A DNA stretch of 62,853 nt, counting the filler, from Choristocarpus tenellus KU-1152 (taxonomy: Eukaryota; Protista; Phaeophyceae): the NCBI GenBank assembly GCA_964200185.2. It is 12 parts of 12 records of this genome, joined end to end, with 100 filler letters (N's around TTAATTAATTAA, not from the genome) between each part and the next. Parts side by side here need not be neighbours in the genome. Positions count along the whole stretch, not along the records: positions 1 to 2,920 come from CAXNAD020023651.1; positions 3,021 to 8,962 come from CAXNAD020009354.1; positions 9,063 to 16,379 come from CAXNAD020006343.1; 9 more parts are not named here. One strand, 5' to 3'. The notes beneath the pieces were generated by a model, which was given only the letters and a program-made list of their open reading frames with translations, was not told the DNA's origin and did not search any database. The position numbers and the translations under genes were made by a program. Below, one piece after another: positions 1 to 12,652 of this stretch; position 1 is the first letter of the stretch; every line of letters begins with the position of its first letter.

Positions 1-92
1 AATAACTAAACATTCCATCAATGTATAATAATTATTTGTGCTTTTTTATTGATGTATTTTGGGGGGGGCGGGGGGGGGGGGTTCCTGGTCAG

Positions 93-251
93 GCATGGTG
101 GCGTGTCCTTCCTAAGAAGGTCTACAACAAGATGATGGGCACCCTCCTGGGATCTGTGGTGTCTTCCATCTCTAGCCCTGTCCTGGACTGTAAAGAGTTT
201 GAAGAGGAACAGACTCATACACTGCACAGGGCCATCAAGTCTCTCTCTGAG
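93..251 (+). CDS. ZW10: Internal exon of centromere/kinetochore (RZZ/NRZ) protein ZW10, C-terminal region
   Basis: AG|..|GT-bounded 159-nt exon encoding AWWRVLPKKVYNKMMGTLLGSVVSSISSPVLDCKEFEEEQTHTLHRAIKSLSE. It matches the recalled ZW10 C-terminal segment (W.DVLP..IY.KAMGTLL...I..LEDIS....RL). Confidence 0.75.
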
Positions 252-512
252 GTACATGATTTCAACAGCCTATGAATTTTCTATTTTATCGCAAAGGGAT
301 GTGAGTGTGCCATTTTCTTGTCTGAGAAATACGTGGAAACAATTACTTTTTTATTTTATCAATATTTTATGCTGGAGATGGCTCTCAGTGTTGGTTGTCG
401 CTGCTGCCTAGATAGCTTATTTTAAAAATATATATATATATATATTCATACATATGGTATATGCCTGCTATAGGAAGAGCTTGGTTTGAAATTGTCCTGT
501 GGTATTGCATAT

Positions 513-582
513 TGTTGTGTTGTGTTGTGTTGTGTTGTGTTGTGTTGTGTTGTGTTGTGTTGTGTTGTGTTGTGTTGTGTTG
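513..582. repeat. (TTGTG)n pentanucleotide microsatellite
   Basis: About 14 perfect tandem units. Confidence 0.95.
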
Positions 583-2920
583 TGATGTGTTGGTAGTCAA
601 CGCCGTTACTTGTTTTATTTCAAGTGTTTTTGCTGCTTTTGAGTGTTCTTATTTATTGACAGCTAGGGCCGTTATAGACCGACTTACCGTCCAATCAGAG
701 ATCAGAGACCAAATGGGTAAAATGTCATTCAAAGGAAATGCATGCAGCGGGAGAGGTCTTGTTTACCCTGCAGCTCTAGACAGAGAAGAATCAGCAGGAT
801 GGATGTGAATCCTTACAACAAGGCATTCAATGGCGGCGATGTTGATTTACCACCTTTTTTTTTCTAATACGTGTTTTAAAACCTACTTGAACCTATCTCT
901 ATCGCCACAAGTACCAAGGGTTAGGGTTAGTTCTAGTCTAATTCCTGCCACATCAAGAGAGTGAGAGTGAGAGAGAGAGAGAGATTGAGCCAAGAAACTT
1001 ATGATCCTTGTTTCTCAGTTTTTGAAGAAAAAAAAAATCTCAGAATTTCTTGTGGTTCAGTTTTGAAAAAATAAATAGAAATGAAGCTTAAACTTCATTT
1101 CTTGACTGGACCAGTCTATAACCATGCCATACTAGGTAATCACACCATTTGGCGTTGAAAAAAAAAGGTTTGTATGTATATATGCAAAGGCGTTATAGTA
1201 TGATCCTGATGTGTTTTAATGTCCAATCTGTGGGTTGCCTGGGTATTTTTTCTCTTAGTGCTTGGCTCTAATTGGCAGGAAAGAGCAGTGGAGGTTGCGT
1301 CTGTGTGTATATGAGGTATGTGGTGTCAGGGTCGGCTTGGTGTAAAATATATATATATATATATCCTGTAAGATTTGTATGTCATTTTTGGGGGCAGAAG
1401 TTGTGTGAAGTTGGTACTGTTAAAATAGCACAAGCGTAACTCAAGTTGGGGAAGGGGGGAGGGCAGAAAGAATTGGATTTGCAATTTGAGGTGAGAGATG
1501 AACTGTTTGTACTGCTACGTAGCGCCCAGAGCCTGTCTGTGTTTCAAGTGGTGATTTTGAGTCATGTGTTATCTCTTGTGGTGGAAAGTGTGTGCAGATC
1601 AAGGTTCATGAGCATCGTCGATATCAGTCAGATTTTGTGTGTACGGTGTTTGTCCTTGACACATGGGAAGGGGGTTTCCTTAAGAGAATGTGCATTTTTT
1701 GTAGATGACAAATAATAATAATAATAAGGGTCGACAAAATCGCACCCCAACAAAAAAAAAAGGCAATTGAGGAGATCAGGGGGGATGACTAGTGAGTTCG
1801 AAGTTTGAAAGATCGTCAGTGTTGTCTCAGTTTTGAATCACTGAAGGGTGTTGAGTTCTGCCTAGGTAGTCCAACTACATACACATGGCCTACCTGCATA
1901 GTCTACATACATATAGTCTACCTAGACAGATGAAGCAACTCGCCCCCAAGTAGTGTCTGTCAAGTAACGATAGGATGTCTTGGGGGATACTAAGTTGAAA
2001 TTGTGGTTGGACAATTTGAAGTGGTTAAGGATTATTTATTTATTTATTATTTATTTAAATATTGTATTGACAAGTAGTTGGGTGGCTGGTCATTCCTGCA
2101 TGTATTGTTGATATGGGGGTGTTGAATTGGATCATCTCCTCCAGCAGTTAAGGGTACAGGAGACAGCTCTGGAGCAGGAACCAGAACACGGTAGCCCATA
2201 ATTGCTACACATTTGAATCATTTGTTCACCTGGTGAGGCATGTATGTACGAGATATCTCGAGGCATGGTAGAGTTGTAACTGACAAGGGGAGGGGTATAA
2301 CTGTGAACCAAACACACACCAGTAACTTGTAACTGCCAAGGTGTGTAACTGCCAAAACTCTCTACTTGTGCTGGGAAATGTGTGGCTTGATCAGGCCCAG
2401 AAGAAGTTTTGAGACTTTTTTTAATTTATTGTTTGGTTGATGTCTTCTACCTCTTTTTTATTTTATTGTTGGAAGAGTGTTTATTTTTGTGTATATCGGA
2501 AATGTATTACAGTTTTTTATGAGCTCGCTTCAGTAGCAAAAGAAACTAATAATAAAAAATAAAGTCCTTAGTAGTAGTGTGTTCTTTTTTAATTTTTGTG
2601 GCAGTTATAAAAAATAATAATAATGCAGTCCACGAAATGGAAGCAATAGAAACAGAATCCGTCATGATTGTCACACTCCAGTCTTTTTTATTATTATTTC
2701 AATGTACTTACTACTTCTGGGCAGAGTAGCGTATTCGCCTCCTGTTCCAATATATTTTCAAAAAAAATGTAACTGTCGTACAAGAGAGTGATTACATATC
2801 ATGTAATGACCTCTTTTTTCTTCTTACACAAAACTATTAAATTTTTTACTATGAATATTAAAAAAAAAAACAGGTTGAGGATGTCTTTGACCCCCCATCG
2901 ACTGCAGCCATCCATACCCC

Positions 2921-3020
2921 NNNNNNNNNNNNNNNNNNNNNNNNNNNNNNNNNNNNNNNNNNNNTTAATTAATTAANNNNNNNNNNNNNNNNNNNNNNNN
3001 NNNNNNNNNNNNNNNNNNNN
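2921..3020. other. Artificial contig linker (N44-TTAATTAATTAA-N44); identical linkers at 8963-9062, 16380-16479, 23350-23449, 27757-27856, 42318-42417, 45023-45122, 47821-47920, 50861-50960, 57137-57236, 60100-60199
   Basis: Eleven identical 100-nt spacers with a six-frame-stop 12-mer core. Confidence 0.98.
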
Positions 3021-3114
3021 CCCCCCAGATACTTCGAACCGCAACGAAAAAGACGCAATTGGTTCCTAAACATCTCCAGGCACTTGTCAATTTTGACTAT
3101 TTCAAATTCCGCAG

Positions 3115-6100
3115 GGATGATTGTGAAGCGCATGGCCTCTAATCTCAAATCTGAGGATGACCAATGGCAGGGATGCAAGGACTTGGCGGAGATAGCAGGA
3201 AGGGATCAGGAAGGGTTCTTCGCAGTCAAACGCAGGGGAGGGGCAGAGGTAAGTTGGGTTGTTTGTTTCTACTGTGCTTCTATACTGTTTTTCAAACACA
3301 GGTATTCGGGGTTGATTTTGATTGCCGTTCCCCAACGTGCATAATGGAGTCAAAGCATTTTAGAGAGTAGGGCCGCGTCCGTTCGGGGCCCAAAATCCAA
3401 TCCTGTGTTTTTGATGTAGTTTCGGCTATTGCGTCTGTTAGCAAGTGTCAATATCCTTGCCCTGGACACACCTTTCATAGTTGTATGCATTTTACCTACT
3501 CCGAAATGTTTTGAAAACCGAAAAGGGCATAAAAAACCTGTGGGAAGCCAAGCAACGAATGGACAACAGAGCAAAACTCCTGCCCTTCTAATTTATTTTG
3601 GCCATGTTCAAATTTCATTCACAACTGATCTTGCATAAAGATTGCATCATTTTTGATCAAGAGTTCATCCATATAATAAAACGTTTTGCTGGATAAGCTC
3701 AGTTCCTGGGGTGGGGGGAGTGAAGCCATTTCTGGCTGACCTACTGGACGTTTTGGTGCCAACAACATAGTTCTTATTGAGGAGTGGGCGTTTGCTCCAG
3801 CAAGGATTTACTTGCCTCCATAATGGAAACAAGTGGACATTGTGCTACTTACTACTTTCAACCTACTTTCTCCATACACAGGCTCTTGTGACCATGGTAA
3901 CTGTTTCCCCAATTATTACGTTCTGAATATCTGTATCAACTCACAGGTACTGAAGGACAAATAACTGTTGACATATAAACGGCGTTATTAGGGGACAAAC
4001 CAGTGCACTCCCTTTACAATGGCACTTTCTTCTCCTCTTCACCTTTGGGCTGATGCTATAGGGCATCGAGCACTTTGAAGAACTTGTAGTACGGATTTCC
4101 TGCTCTCCAGCTTGTCCTCCTTGTCGCCAAAAAAAGAGAGTCAATCTAGAATCACACTCTTTGCGACAGGACAAAGGATACATTATTACCACTGACCTTG
4201 AAACAGATCTACAATGCACTCTGAGCCAAAGTATCTTAGAAGGTAGAGCCGCGTCCATTTGGAGGTCAAATTCCAATGTTCCGATTTTGATGTAATTTTG
4301 ACTATCGAGTTTTTGGGCAAGTGTCAATATCCTTGTTCCGGACACACCTTTTCATAATGTGCAAATTTTACCTACCCCAAAACATATCGGAGTAGGAAAA
4401 TGTCATGTAACACCTGTGGGAAGCCAAGTCCCAAATGGACAAACAGGGTAAAACTCGTACCCTCTAAGATACTTTCACTCCTCCTCCTCCATGTCTCTGC
4501 TCCTTTTTGGAATTCACAACGGATTCACTCTTGCTTCCAAGCAGGCGATATTGTCAGCAGCTGAGGCCTTCCCCACTGATGTAGATGTACAGTGCTGGTC
4601 CTGCCGTGCATTGTGGTACCTTGTAGCGGACGAGGAGGCCGCCCAGACATATGGGGAACGGATTGCAGCATTGATCCTTCAGGCATTGGCCATGCTGGAG
4701 GACATGGAGAGGCTCCTCGTGATGATGAATCCAACAGGTAGTGGTGCTAGGACTGGCACCACATCAAAGCTTGGACTTGGAACTAGGGGAGTGTGGGGAA
4801 TAAATGGGAACAGCTGGCAACGTGCAATGTACAAGGCTGAGGTCATGAGGGTCAAGGAGCAAAGGCGGTCCAGTCTATGCGCGAGACAGGAAGAGCAGAA
4901 TCGGATGGTTAAGGAGGAGGAGGCCCTGGTGAGACAGAGTAAAGAGGTTGTTGGACTTAGGTATCATATCCAACTGTAGACTTTATCCCTACACTTTCAC
5001 CATCACCCAAAGCATTTAAGAGGGTAGGGCCCTGTCGGTTCAGGGTTCAAAATCCAATGTTGCGATTTTGATTAATTCTGGTTTTCGTGTTTGTTTGCAA
5101 GTGTCAATGACCTAGCTCCGGACACACCTCTCATAGCAGTGCACATTTTACCTACTCCAAAACATTTCAGAGTAGGTAACTGTGTTCAAACAGAAAACCG
5201 AAAAAGGGCACAAAAAACCCATTGAAAGCTAAGCCCAAACGGATAAACAGGGGTAAACTCCTACCCTCTTAAATGTTTTGGGTCCATCTTTTCTACGAAA
5301 CTTCATTGTACTACAGTATCTTCAAACTGAGTTTCTCCCCCCTGGTTGTCCGTGCAAGATCTCCCCTGTTACAGATTACATTAGCATGTCATGGTATCGT
5401 GGATTTTTTTCTCTACCCTCACATATCATGCTCCATATTTACTCGAACCTATATCAGCACAAGGTTATCACCAGTCCCAATTTCACCCATTCCTATATCC
5501 CAATCAATCCAGCTACCATTGAAACATAATTCTAGAGCTGAGACAAGCGACGTTGTCCACTCTGTTCTTAATGCCTACCAGGAGCGGAGAGCTAGTATTC
5601 GTCGGCATAGCTACCAGAAAGATTTAGAACAAGAGCTTTCTCAAGAGTTGGTGTCAGGGGGAGGAGACCCTGCGATTGTAACATCTGGAAGATCTGAGGG
5701 GGCAGTAGAGAACAATTGGAACTTTGAGGCGCTTGAGTCGGAGAAAGAGGGTGATGGGGAGACACTAGGGGGAAGCAAAGGGCTTGACATGTATGTTGGC
5801 GATGATAGTAAGGATAAAGAAAATATCAACGAGCCATGTCCATACGCCATGAGCATGGAGGAGAAGGAGAGGTGAGATGTGGAAGTCGACACCAAGAGCA
5901 TTTAGCAGAAATTAGGTGTTTGTCACTGTTGACCTCAGTATCACTGTCATTGCATTGCCCCATTTGAAAAAAGATCAGTGCCGATGTGCCAATTCTGTTG
6001 AAATTTGAAACGCCCTTGGTGAATGATTCAACAGGCAGTTGCCACTGGACGGTCACATCATATCCTCTGTGAGAAGTACCACAGAAGGAGAGGAAAAGTA

Positions 6101-8241
6101 ATCGGCATCAATGCACCCGGCACCATGGACAGTTCAAATCTGCACTAGTGTTGAATTGCCCAGTGTTACCCCCCTGGCCCCTAGCCATTGTTCCACTCTT
6201 TCAAACCGTTGTCCTCACTCCACTAGTTCCCATCCTAAGTGCTCACCCCATATCCTTAAAATGCTTGTTGAGGATAGGTACCTAAAGTCATTTTCAAGAA
6301 CAGAAACGGGCAACAAGGGATATATATGTGCAAGAGAGGTTATAGCAATGCTGAGAAGGGACGGCCTCAGTGACTCAGATGCGAACAGGATCCTTAATTT
6401 AGCATTGGCTTCCGACAAAACTTGCAAGGAAGAGCATGTTCGAGCAGGATATGCAACAAAAGGAAAGAATAAGAACGGGGACTGGGGTGCAGACCGTTCT
6501 GTGGGGCATAAGAGTAAGGATAAGAGAAGAGGGACCAACAATGGGAAAGGGACGACCAAAGGGATGAATAAGAATGAAGACGACGAGAAAGAGGGAGACA
6601 GAGGGCATATGCTCTCCTCTGACGGTGTGAGTGCCTTTCCATGCAACAAGACATTCCCTGTAGTTGGGTACAAGGGAGGGGCTGCATCTAAAGGATACTA
6701 CCCATCGGGAGGATGGGGTAGGGTGCAAAGGTATTGATAATAGCTTAGCTTAGGTGATAGCCAGTCTTGCAAGGAGGAAATACATGCCCATGTACCAGCA
6801 TCTGGTTCTTGACATACTTCAGGTTGATTGAGTATCAACCCTAACCTGATTACACAAACCCTCCACAACTTTGTCTATGACCATAAAAAGCACACATTAG
6901 GACATTCGCTTTGGAGTTTTGTTATACTGTGCTTTGAAGGGAGTACCTGAATGTGTACATCTATACCAATCTCACTATTGTAGTGTTGATTATTTGTCTA
7001 GTCTCTAGGTCCTCTCTTGCTTCTATCACCGACCATTTTTCCCATCTCCTTGGCAGCAAGGTTGCATGTGTGTGATCCGTCCTTATGCGGACTTTTGAGA
7101 GGTAGAAGGTGACCACTAGCAGGCATAAGACTATTTGATCTAGGTACGTGCCTCCTGAGAGTTTGAGTATCAAGTGATGTGTGGTTGATTTATCAATTGG
7201 CCCCAGCCCCGGTACATCAGAGGTGAGTGAGCTTCTTTTTTCTTGCTTTTAATAGTTCTAGATCCAAGTAGTCAGTGTAATGATGCGATGGCTATTATCC
7301 CTAATCTTACTCACACTGTCTTAGTGGAGATGCCCTGCGCAAGTAATTGCTTCTAAAACAAGCAATGAAGCTCAGAACTATTCCGGTATCTTGGTGCTTT
7401 TTGTCGGCCCTGCCTGTGAGGTAATCTTGGACACATGCCGAAATGCGTTGAACACATTAACACTACGAAAACTAGAAGTGGCACAGTCCCTCCCTCTTCA
7501 TTGCCTTCTCCATGTCTTCTTGCTCTGGACCATTTCTCTTGCCCTGTAACAATACCAGTGGTCTGTGGCTATGCACATGTCCATGTGCGTAACGACTAAG
7601 CATCTCCAAATACCAGATAGGTGAGAGTACCCAAAGTCTAAAAGATACTTTAGAGTACTGGGCCTTCATCACTGACAACAGGAATTCCGTTGCTGCTCTT
7701 CCGTCTTCCCTCAGTGTGATCACCCTTTTCTGCAAGTCGGTTGTCTATAAGATACAGGGAACACATTCATCCAGCTGTCCTACACACTTTTGATGATTAG
7801 GAATTTGGCTTCCATTTGCTGGTAGATCTATTACCAGGCAACAGTCTACTTGCTAAGATACAAAGTGCTATTAAGTGCATCTCTGGAGAATATAGTAGCA
7901 TAGTACCATGTAATGTATACATTAAGCGAAGATTCACTCAGAGTAATGAAAGATGACTATTTCGCAATTTGCTCCTAGATGTAACACTTTAGGCTATCAT
8001 TGTTTTGCCTGAACTGAGCTGTTGATTTTCCGTAGATTGATACAGAGGTACGGGGACTGCCTTTGCTGTCATGTTACCTCTACTGTACAGCCTCCCACCA
8101 GGTCTTGGTGGTGCACCTGCTGGACACCAAGCGACCAGGGTAGATGCCTTGCTGGCAAAGGATGCAGAAGATCTCTTGATGAGAGAGCAGCAACAAATAG
8201 ATCTAGAAGTGTTGGAGGAGGAGAGGAAGAGGATAGAAGAG
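3115..8241 (+). CDS. Partial multi-exon gene: ARM-type repeats, EH (Eps15-homology)-like domain and coiled coil
   Basis: Phase-compatible exons 3115-3248, 4545-4960, 5536-5871, 6278-6717, 8102-8241. ARM-like segment: MIVKRMASNLKSEDDQWQGCKDLAEIA..GGAE|AILSAAEAFPTDVDVQCWSCRALWYL. EH-like segment across a splice: PYAMSMEEKER|YLKSFSRTETGNKGYICAREVIAMLRRDGLSDSDANRILNLA. Confidence 0.65.
3347..3603 (+). mobile_element. MITE family A, subtype A2 (intronic)
   Basis: Left TIR GAGTCAAAGCATTTTAGAGAGTAGG, degenerate right TIR, internal sequence shared with other copies, flanked by ATG/ATG. Confidence 0.8.
4223..4480 (+). mobile_element. MITE family A, subtype A1 (intronic)
   Basis: GAGCCAAAGTATCTTAGAAGGTA ... 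TACCCTCTAAGATACTTTCACTC; flanks CTCT/CTCC. Confidence 0.9.
5004..5284 (+). mobile_element. MITE family A, subtype A2 (intronic)
   Basis: CACCCAAAGCATTTAAGAGGGTAGG ... CCTACCCTCTTAAATGTTTTGGGTC; flanked by CAT/CAT. Confidence 0.88.
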
Positions 8242-8893
8242 GTACGAAGGTAGGTTCACTCACAGCAACAGTTGGTCAGGGTATCATGCCTATTACCTTT
8301 TGCACAGGGAAAAGGAATTGAGTCTGTACCCAGCCAGATTGGGAATGACGAGAGGAGGCCCATTACAACCCCTTGATATCGCCAAAATGCCTGACTAAGG
8401 TATGATTCGAGGTAGTCAGATCACCGTTTGAGGGACCAGCAAGTGACGAAAAAGATTATTTGAGACTTGTCCAAAGGACAAACGGTGTGGAAGAAGTACT
8501 GCATGAGGCCGAACAGCAGGAGTACATATTCACATTTAGGAATCATGCTGGGTGTCCAAATGAAAGAAAACCCCCTCAAACTCTCCCAGTTATGGACCCT
8601 TCGTTGTTACTGTGTGGGAAGATCTTCCAATTCTCTGTAACTATTGTTACGATAGAACAATTTTCTGCACATGAATGCCTGCAGAGTACTACCATCTTCG
8701 GCTGCACAAAAGGTAAACAGGAGAGAATTCATCTTACACTACTGAACTAGGGCCAAGGGTAGAAAGTTGTGGGACTATCTGCTCAAAGATGCTAAGACAT
8801 AATCATCTGAGAACTTTCTTCTCAGTCTCGTACTCTGCAATTAGCTGCAATCCAGGGTACTCACCACACCATGGCAACAACACCTAACCTACT

Positions 8894-8962
8894 GGCTCAA
8901 AGTATCTGGGAGGGGGTGGCGGCTGTCCATTTGGGGTCAATTTTTGTATGTCGCGATTTTGG
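8894..8962 (+). mobile_element. MITE family B, one end truncated by contig break
   Basis: GGCTCAAAGTATCTGGGAGGGGGTGGCGGCTGTCCATTTGGGGTC, matching the 62678 copy and the reverse of the 42663 copy. Confidence 0.8.
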
Positions 8963-9614
8963 NNNNNNNNNNNNNNNNNNNNNNNNNNNNNNNNNNNNNN
9001 NNNNNNTTAATTAATTAANNNNNNNNNNNNNNNNNNNNNNNNNNNNNNNNNNNNNNNNNNNNAGGTTAAGGGGGGGCCGAAAGGGCCCCCCCCCCCCCCC
9101 CAGATATTTTGACCCCTTGTTCCTGGTTCATACAATATGAGAGAGTACCAGGTGGATTGTCCTCGGATACAAACTGGTTCACCAAGATAACACCAACACC
9201 TTCCTCCTTTGCGCCCACAACTACACAGAATGAAAATCCCTCCTAGAGCAACACAACACTGCTTGATGGATGCAAGTCTCCCTCGTGATAGAGGGCACAG
9301 TTGCAGTAGTAGAGGCTTTTGTGCCGTTTTTCTGGGTTTGGTGATTTTTCCCCTTCAATTCAGAGATGAGCCGCACCCCAAGTTCATCCTCACACACGTA
9401 CTTACTCCTGTATCATTATCCACTTACGCACCTGGTTATCTTCGCAACATATAAGGGAAAAAGTATCAGTGTATCCGTATCCTGGGTAGGGGAGCAACAA
9501 AGTGTATATAAGAGCCGACCGAGTCAAGCTTCCATTGCCTATCTCCAACTACGGAGTCAGTTAGAAATGCGGAAGGCCCTTACGCAGGCATGTATTGGTA
9601 CCCCTGTGTCTCAC

Positions 9615-12600
9615 CGCTCGGTACGCCTGCCCCTGTGGCACAACTTTGCCCACTTTAGCATTCTTGGACTCGTCCATAGAGAGAGTCATGCCCATTGCAC
9701 CTTCCCGGAATGTGACGTAAAACTCATCTTGAAGGTTGACTCTAGCGGAACAATAGGGAACGTCAGGGAATTGGGGTAGGGGGGAAGAGAGGCGGAGGAG
9801 GTAAAAGAGAATGACGCAGTAGTGTGAGGTGGCGGTAAGGGCAGTACTGAGCAATGTTGGTTCCATTTCTTGGGCTTTCCAGGACTATCGAGTTATATAG
9901 TGTTCAGCAAGTATCGCATAATTGACATATAGTTGAGCAGCAACCAGCAAAACAATAGGATGTCTGTGGTCTTGTGAAAAACGGCACAGGCATTTCGCTG
10001 GAGTTGAGCATACACAAAGGATTGAAAAGTAAACTGGTACATATGGGCAAGTCAGAACTGACCTCTGAGTCTGTGAGTACAGAGCACAGAAAACAATCAT
10101 GAGTGTTGTTTTACTTATTGTTGTTATTGCTGCTGACAGGTAAGTTGGGGTCAATTACATTATTGCTGTGCTGTAATGCCAAAATGCAAGCAACAGGCAG
10201 GTGCGGCTGAATCATGGGATAGAAGCCAACCCACACTTAACTCCAATAATGCACACACCATTAACTGCAAAGTAGTATCTGGGAGAGACTTATTGACTAC
10301 ATAACACACTTGCACAGCAACACCTCAAAGTCAAGTCTCTTACCTGCAGTGTAGTACAGACACATATTTATACAGGCCACTGCATATATGATAAGAGTGA
10401 AAGTATCTTAGAGGGTAAAAGTTTTTCCATGTTTGTCCATTTGGGGCTTGGCTTCCCACGGGTTTTAATGATATCTTACCTACTCCAAAATATTTCAGAG
10501 TAGGTAAAACGTGTACATTATGAAAAGGTGAGTCCGGAACAAGGATATTGACATCTCCTAACAAACATGATAATCAAAATTACATCAAAATTGCAACATT
10601 GAATTTTGGCCCCCAAATGGACGTGGCTTTACCCTCTAAGATATTTTCGTCTATAAGGAATGAGGAGTCAAACAGAAGAGTCAACTAGCTCCTATATAGT
10701 CGCTGCTGCATGGAAGAAGGAAGAAAATAATCTCAAAGAAGCAGCATGCGTGCACCTCATATACATTTACACATACAATACTTCAATTCAAACTTCAATT
10801 CAAATCTCACTCTCCAATTGAAATTCAAACTCTTTTTAATGCTTCTACTCGCACCACTCTCCAACCTGATGGCTTTAGCATCCACAGGCTCCTGTTTTTG
10901 CTCCTGCTCCTCTTTTAAAACAACCTCTGCTATGCGGTCGAAGATGGATACCCGGCGTGTACCTGCTCCCTCTCTCAAACCCCTGGCATGCCCTACATGA
11001 TTGTCGTGAAGGATGGATGCATGCCGTGTCCCTGCTCCCTCACCCAAGTCCTCGGCACCCTTTAAGTCAACCTGAGCATCAATGCCCTCACTGTTTCCAC
11101 CAGTTTTCCTTGTGTTCATTGGCAAAACTGGAGGTTTGATCATGAGCACATCAAACACACTTGCGGGCCTCTCACTACCCCCCCTAACCAAACCCAAACC
11201 TCTGCAACAAACAGTGATAGATGGGGTTGGTGAGAGAACCATGACACAGGAAAGTGAACAGAGTTAAGAGCAATCGGGGAGGTCATCAGAAAGATGAAAA
11301 GGGGCAATATTTTATGCCTTTGAGTTTTTAAGGGACAGTTGTTTAGTTTCTGTGGTAAAATGGGCGACTTTGAGGTACACAGCAGTACCCACTACGACAG
11401 TAGTAGAATCTGTGTAAGGGGTTGGGGGGCTGAAAAAGTGGAGCTTGAATATTGAAGACCCTGACATGCCAAGTTACAAAAAGCAGAGTAAATCCATGCT
11501 TAATCTTGTGCTGTTTTAGTTAATCATTTGACACAACATTGGTATTGATTAATGTAGGTGGCCCCATATTTTAGTTGATACAGTACTTCTCATTCGAAAT
11601 ACAAGTCCCCAAATCCTTCCTGGAAACCCACAAACGGACTTCACGAAACTAGTGCTTACATACACTAGGAAAACATAAAGTTATGGTGGGCGTGGTGAAC
11701 AAGAGGAAGACAGTATAGAGTGTTTGAGTAGAACAAGGGGTTGGGATTTTTGCCACTTACTTCCTCGTTCTTGACTCTGGGTTCATTACCATGACTGAGC
11801 CGATCCGATCAATGTGTCGGTTTCTCCTCCGTTCTACCCTGTCATGAACTTCTGGGGGTGCCTGAGCCGACTGTTCTCTCCGTACGCTTCTTCGTCCTTC
11901 TTCTGCTCTTTTTCGTTGCCCAGAGTCATTCTTATTCCATCTTTAACACCAAACAAAGAACGTATGGGATACAAGGAAAGTGCAGTGGTGGTCATGTCAG
12001 TAGTTGCAGGGTACAGGGTTACACTCACTTGAGTTCACACGACTCGACTAAAAGAGGGTGGTCCAGGAAATATGTGGTTTCGAGAACGGTAGAGGTCGAA
12101 CCAGGCTTCAGCATTGATGGTGACGGCTGTACCCTAATTGCCCACCAAGCCATTGTTCGTGTACTTGACATAAAAAAATGGATTACGTGTAGCACGAAGG
12201 AATCTGACCCGAGCACCAATTGCTAAACGTGAGGTTTGCGACTTCAAAGGAAGCTCTAGGTATGTTTTACCAGTCTACAGGGCATTCTCATATTGTCGGG
12301 GGGAGTTAACGTGACCTGACCTGTAGACAATCGCGGTGACGATGAGACCCCAGACCGACCCAACAATTAAGGTTCGAGAGTCACCAGAGAGCGATCTCCA
12401 CGCCTGCCATATTCTCCCTAGTCCAGGAACCCTCTGGGCTCCATCCCCAATTAACTGGAGTCCAGAACCCACGCGGCCCCAGTTCACCACGTTCACGGCG
12501 TTCCAAAGCAAGCCTGCCACACTATGATAGATGCGATCAGCGGCAGACAACTGACCACGTGAACTAGATTCGTTGGAGACATGCTTCTGGCGGCGTTCAT

Positions 12601-12652
12601 GGACCTTCCGACGTCTTCTACCGTTCCCTCCTTTGCCCGACGAACGCGGCAT
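9615..12652 (-). CDS. Probable multi-exon gene: N-terminal membrane-anchored segment, low-complexity middle, PDZ-like exon (structure incomplete)
   Basis: ATG at 12652 (MPRSSGKGG...TLIVGSVWGLIVTAIVYR, a hydrophobic helix). Donor-bounded open segments lie near 11761-11930 and 10800-11190. Exon about 9615-9741 encodes DEFYVTFREGAMGMTLSMDESKNAKVGKVVPQGQAYRA, resembling a PDZ N-terminal half. Exon joining is not fully resolved. Confidence 0.4.
10395..10652 (-). mobile_element. MITE family A, subtype A1, reverse orientation
   Basis: GAGTGAAAGTATCTTAGAGGGTA ... TACCCTCTAAGATATTTTCGTCT; perfect 4-bp TSD ATAA/ATAA. Confidence 0.9.

Noticed and set aside
385-808. ORFs with TTQHN or CCVVL repeats (also 14194-14567 and 25198-25550)
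   Set aside because: Translations of microsatellites.
2965-2976. Recurrent TTAATTAATTAA palindrome
   Set aside because: Artificial linker embedded in N runs.
3347-5284. Three similar repeats as a CRISPR-like or regularly spaced array
   Set aside because: The units are ~250 bp with TIRs and TSDs, irregularly spaced in introns, and dispersed elsewhere, so they are MITEs. No cas genes are present.
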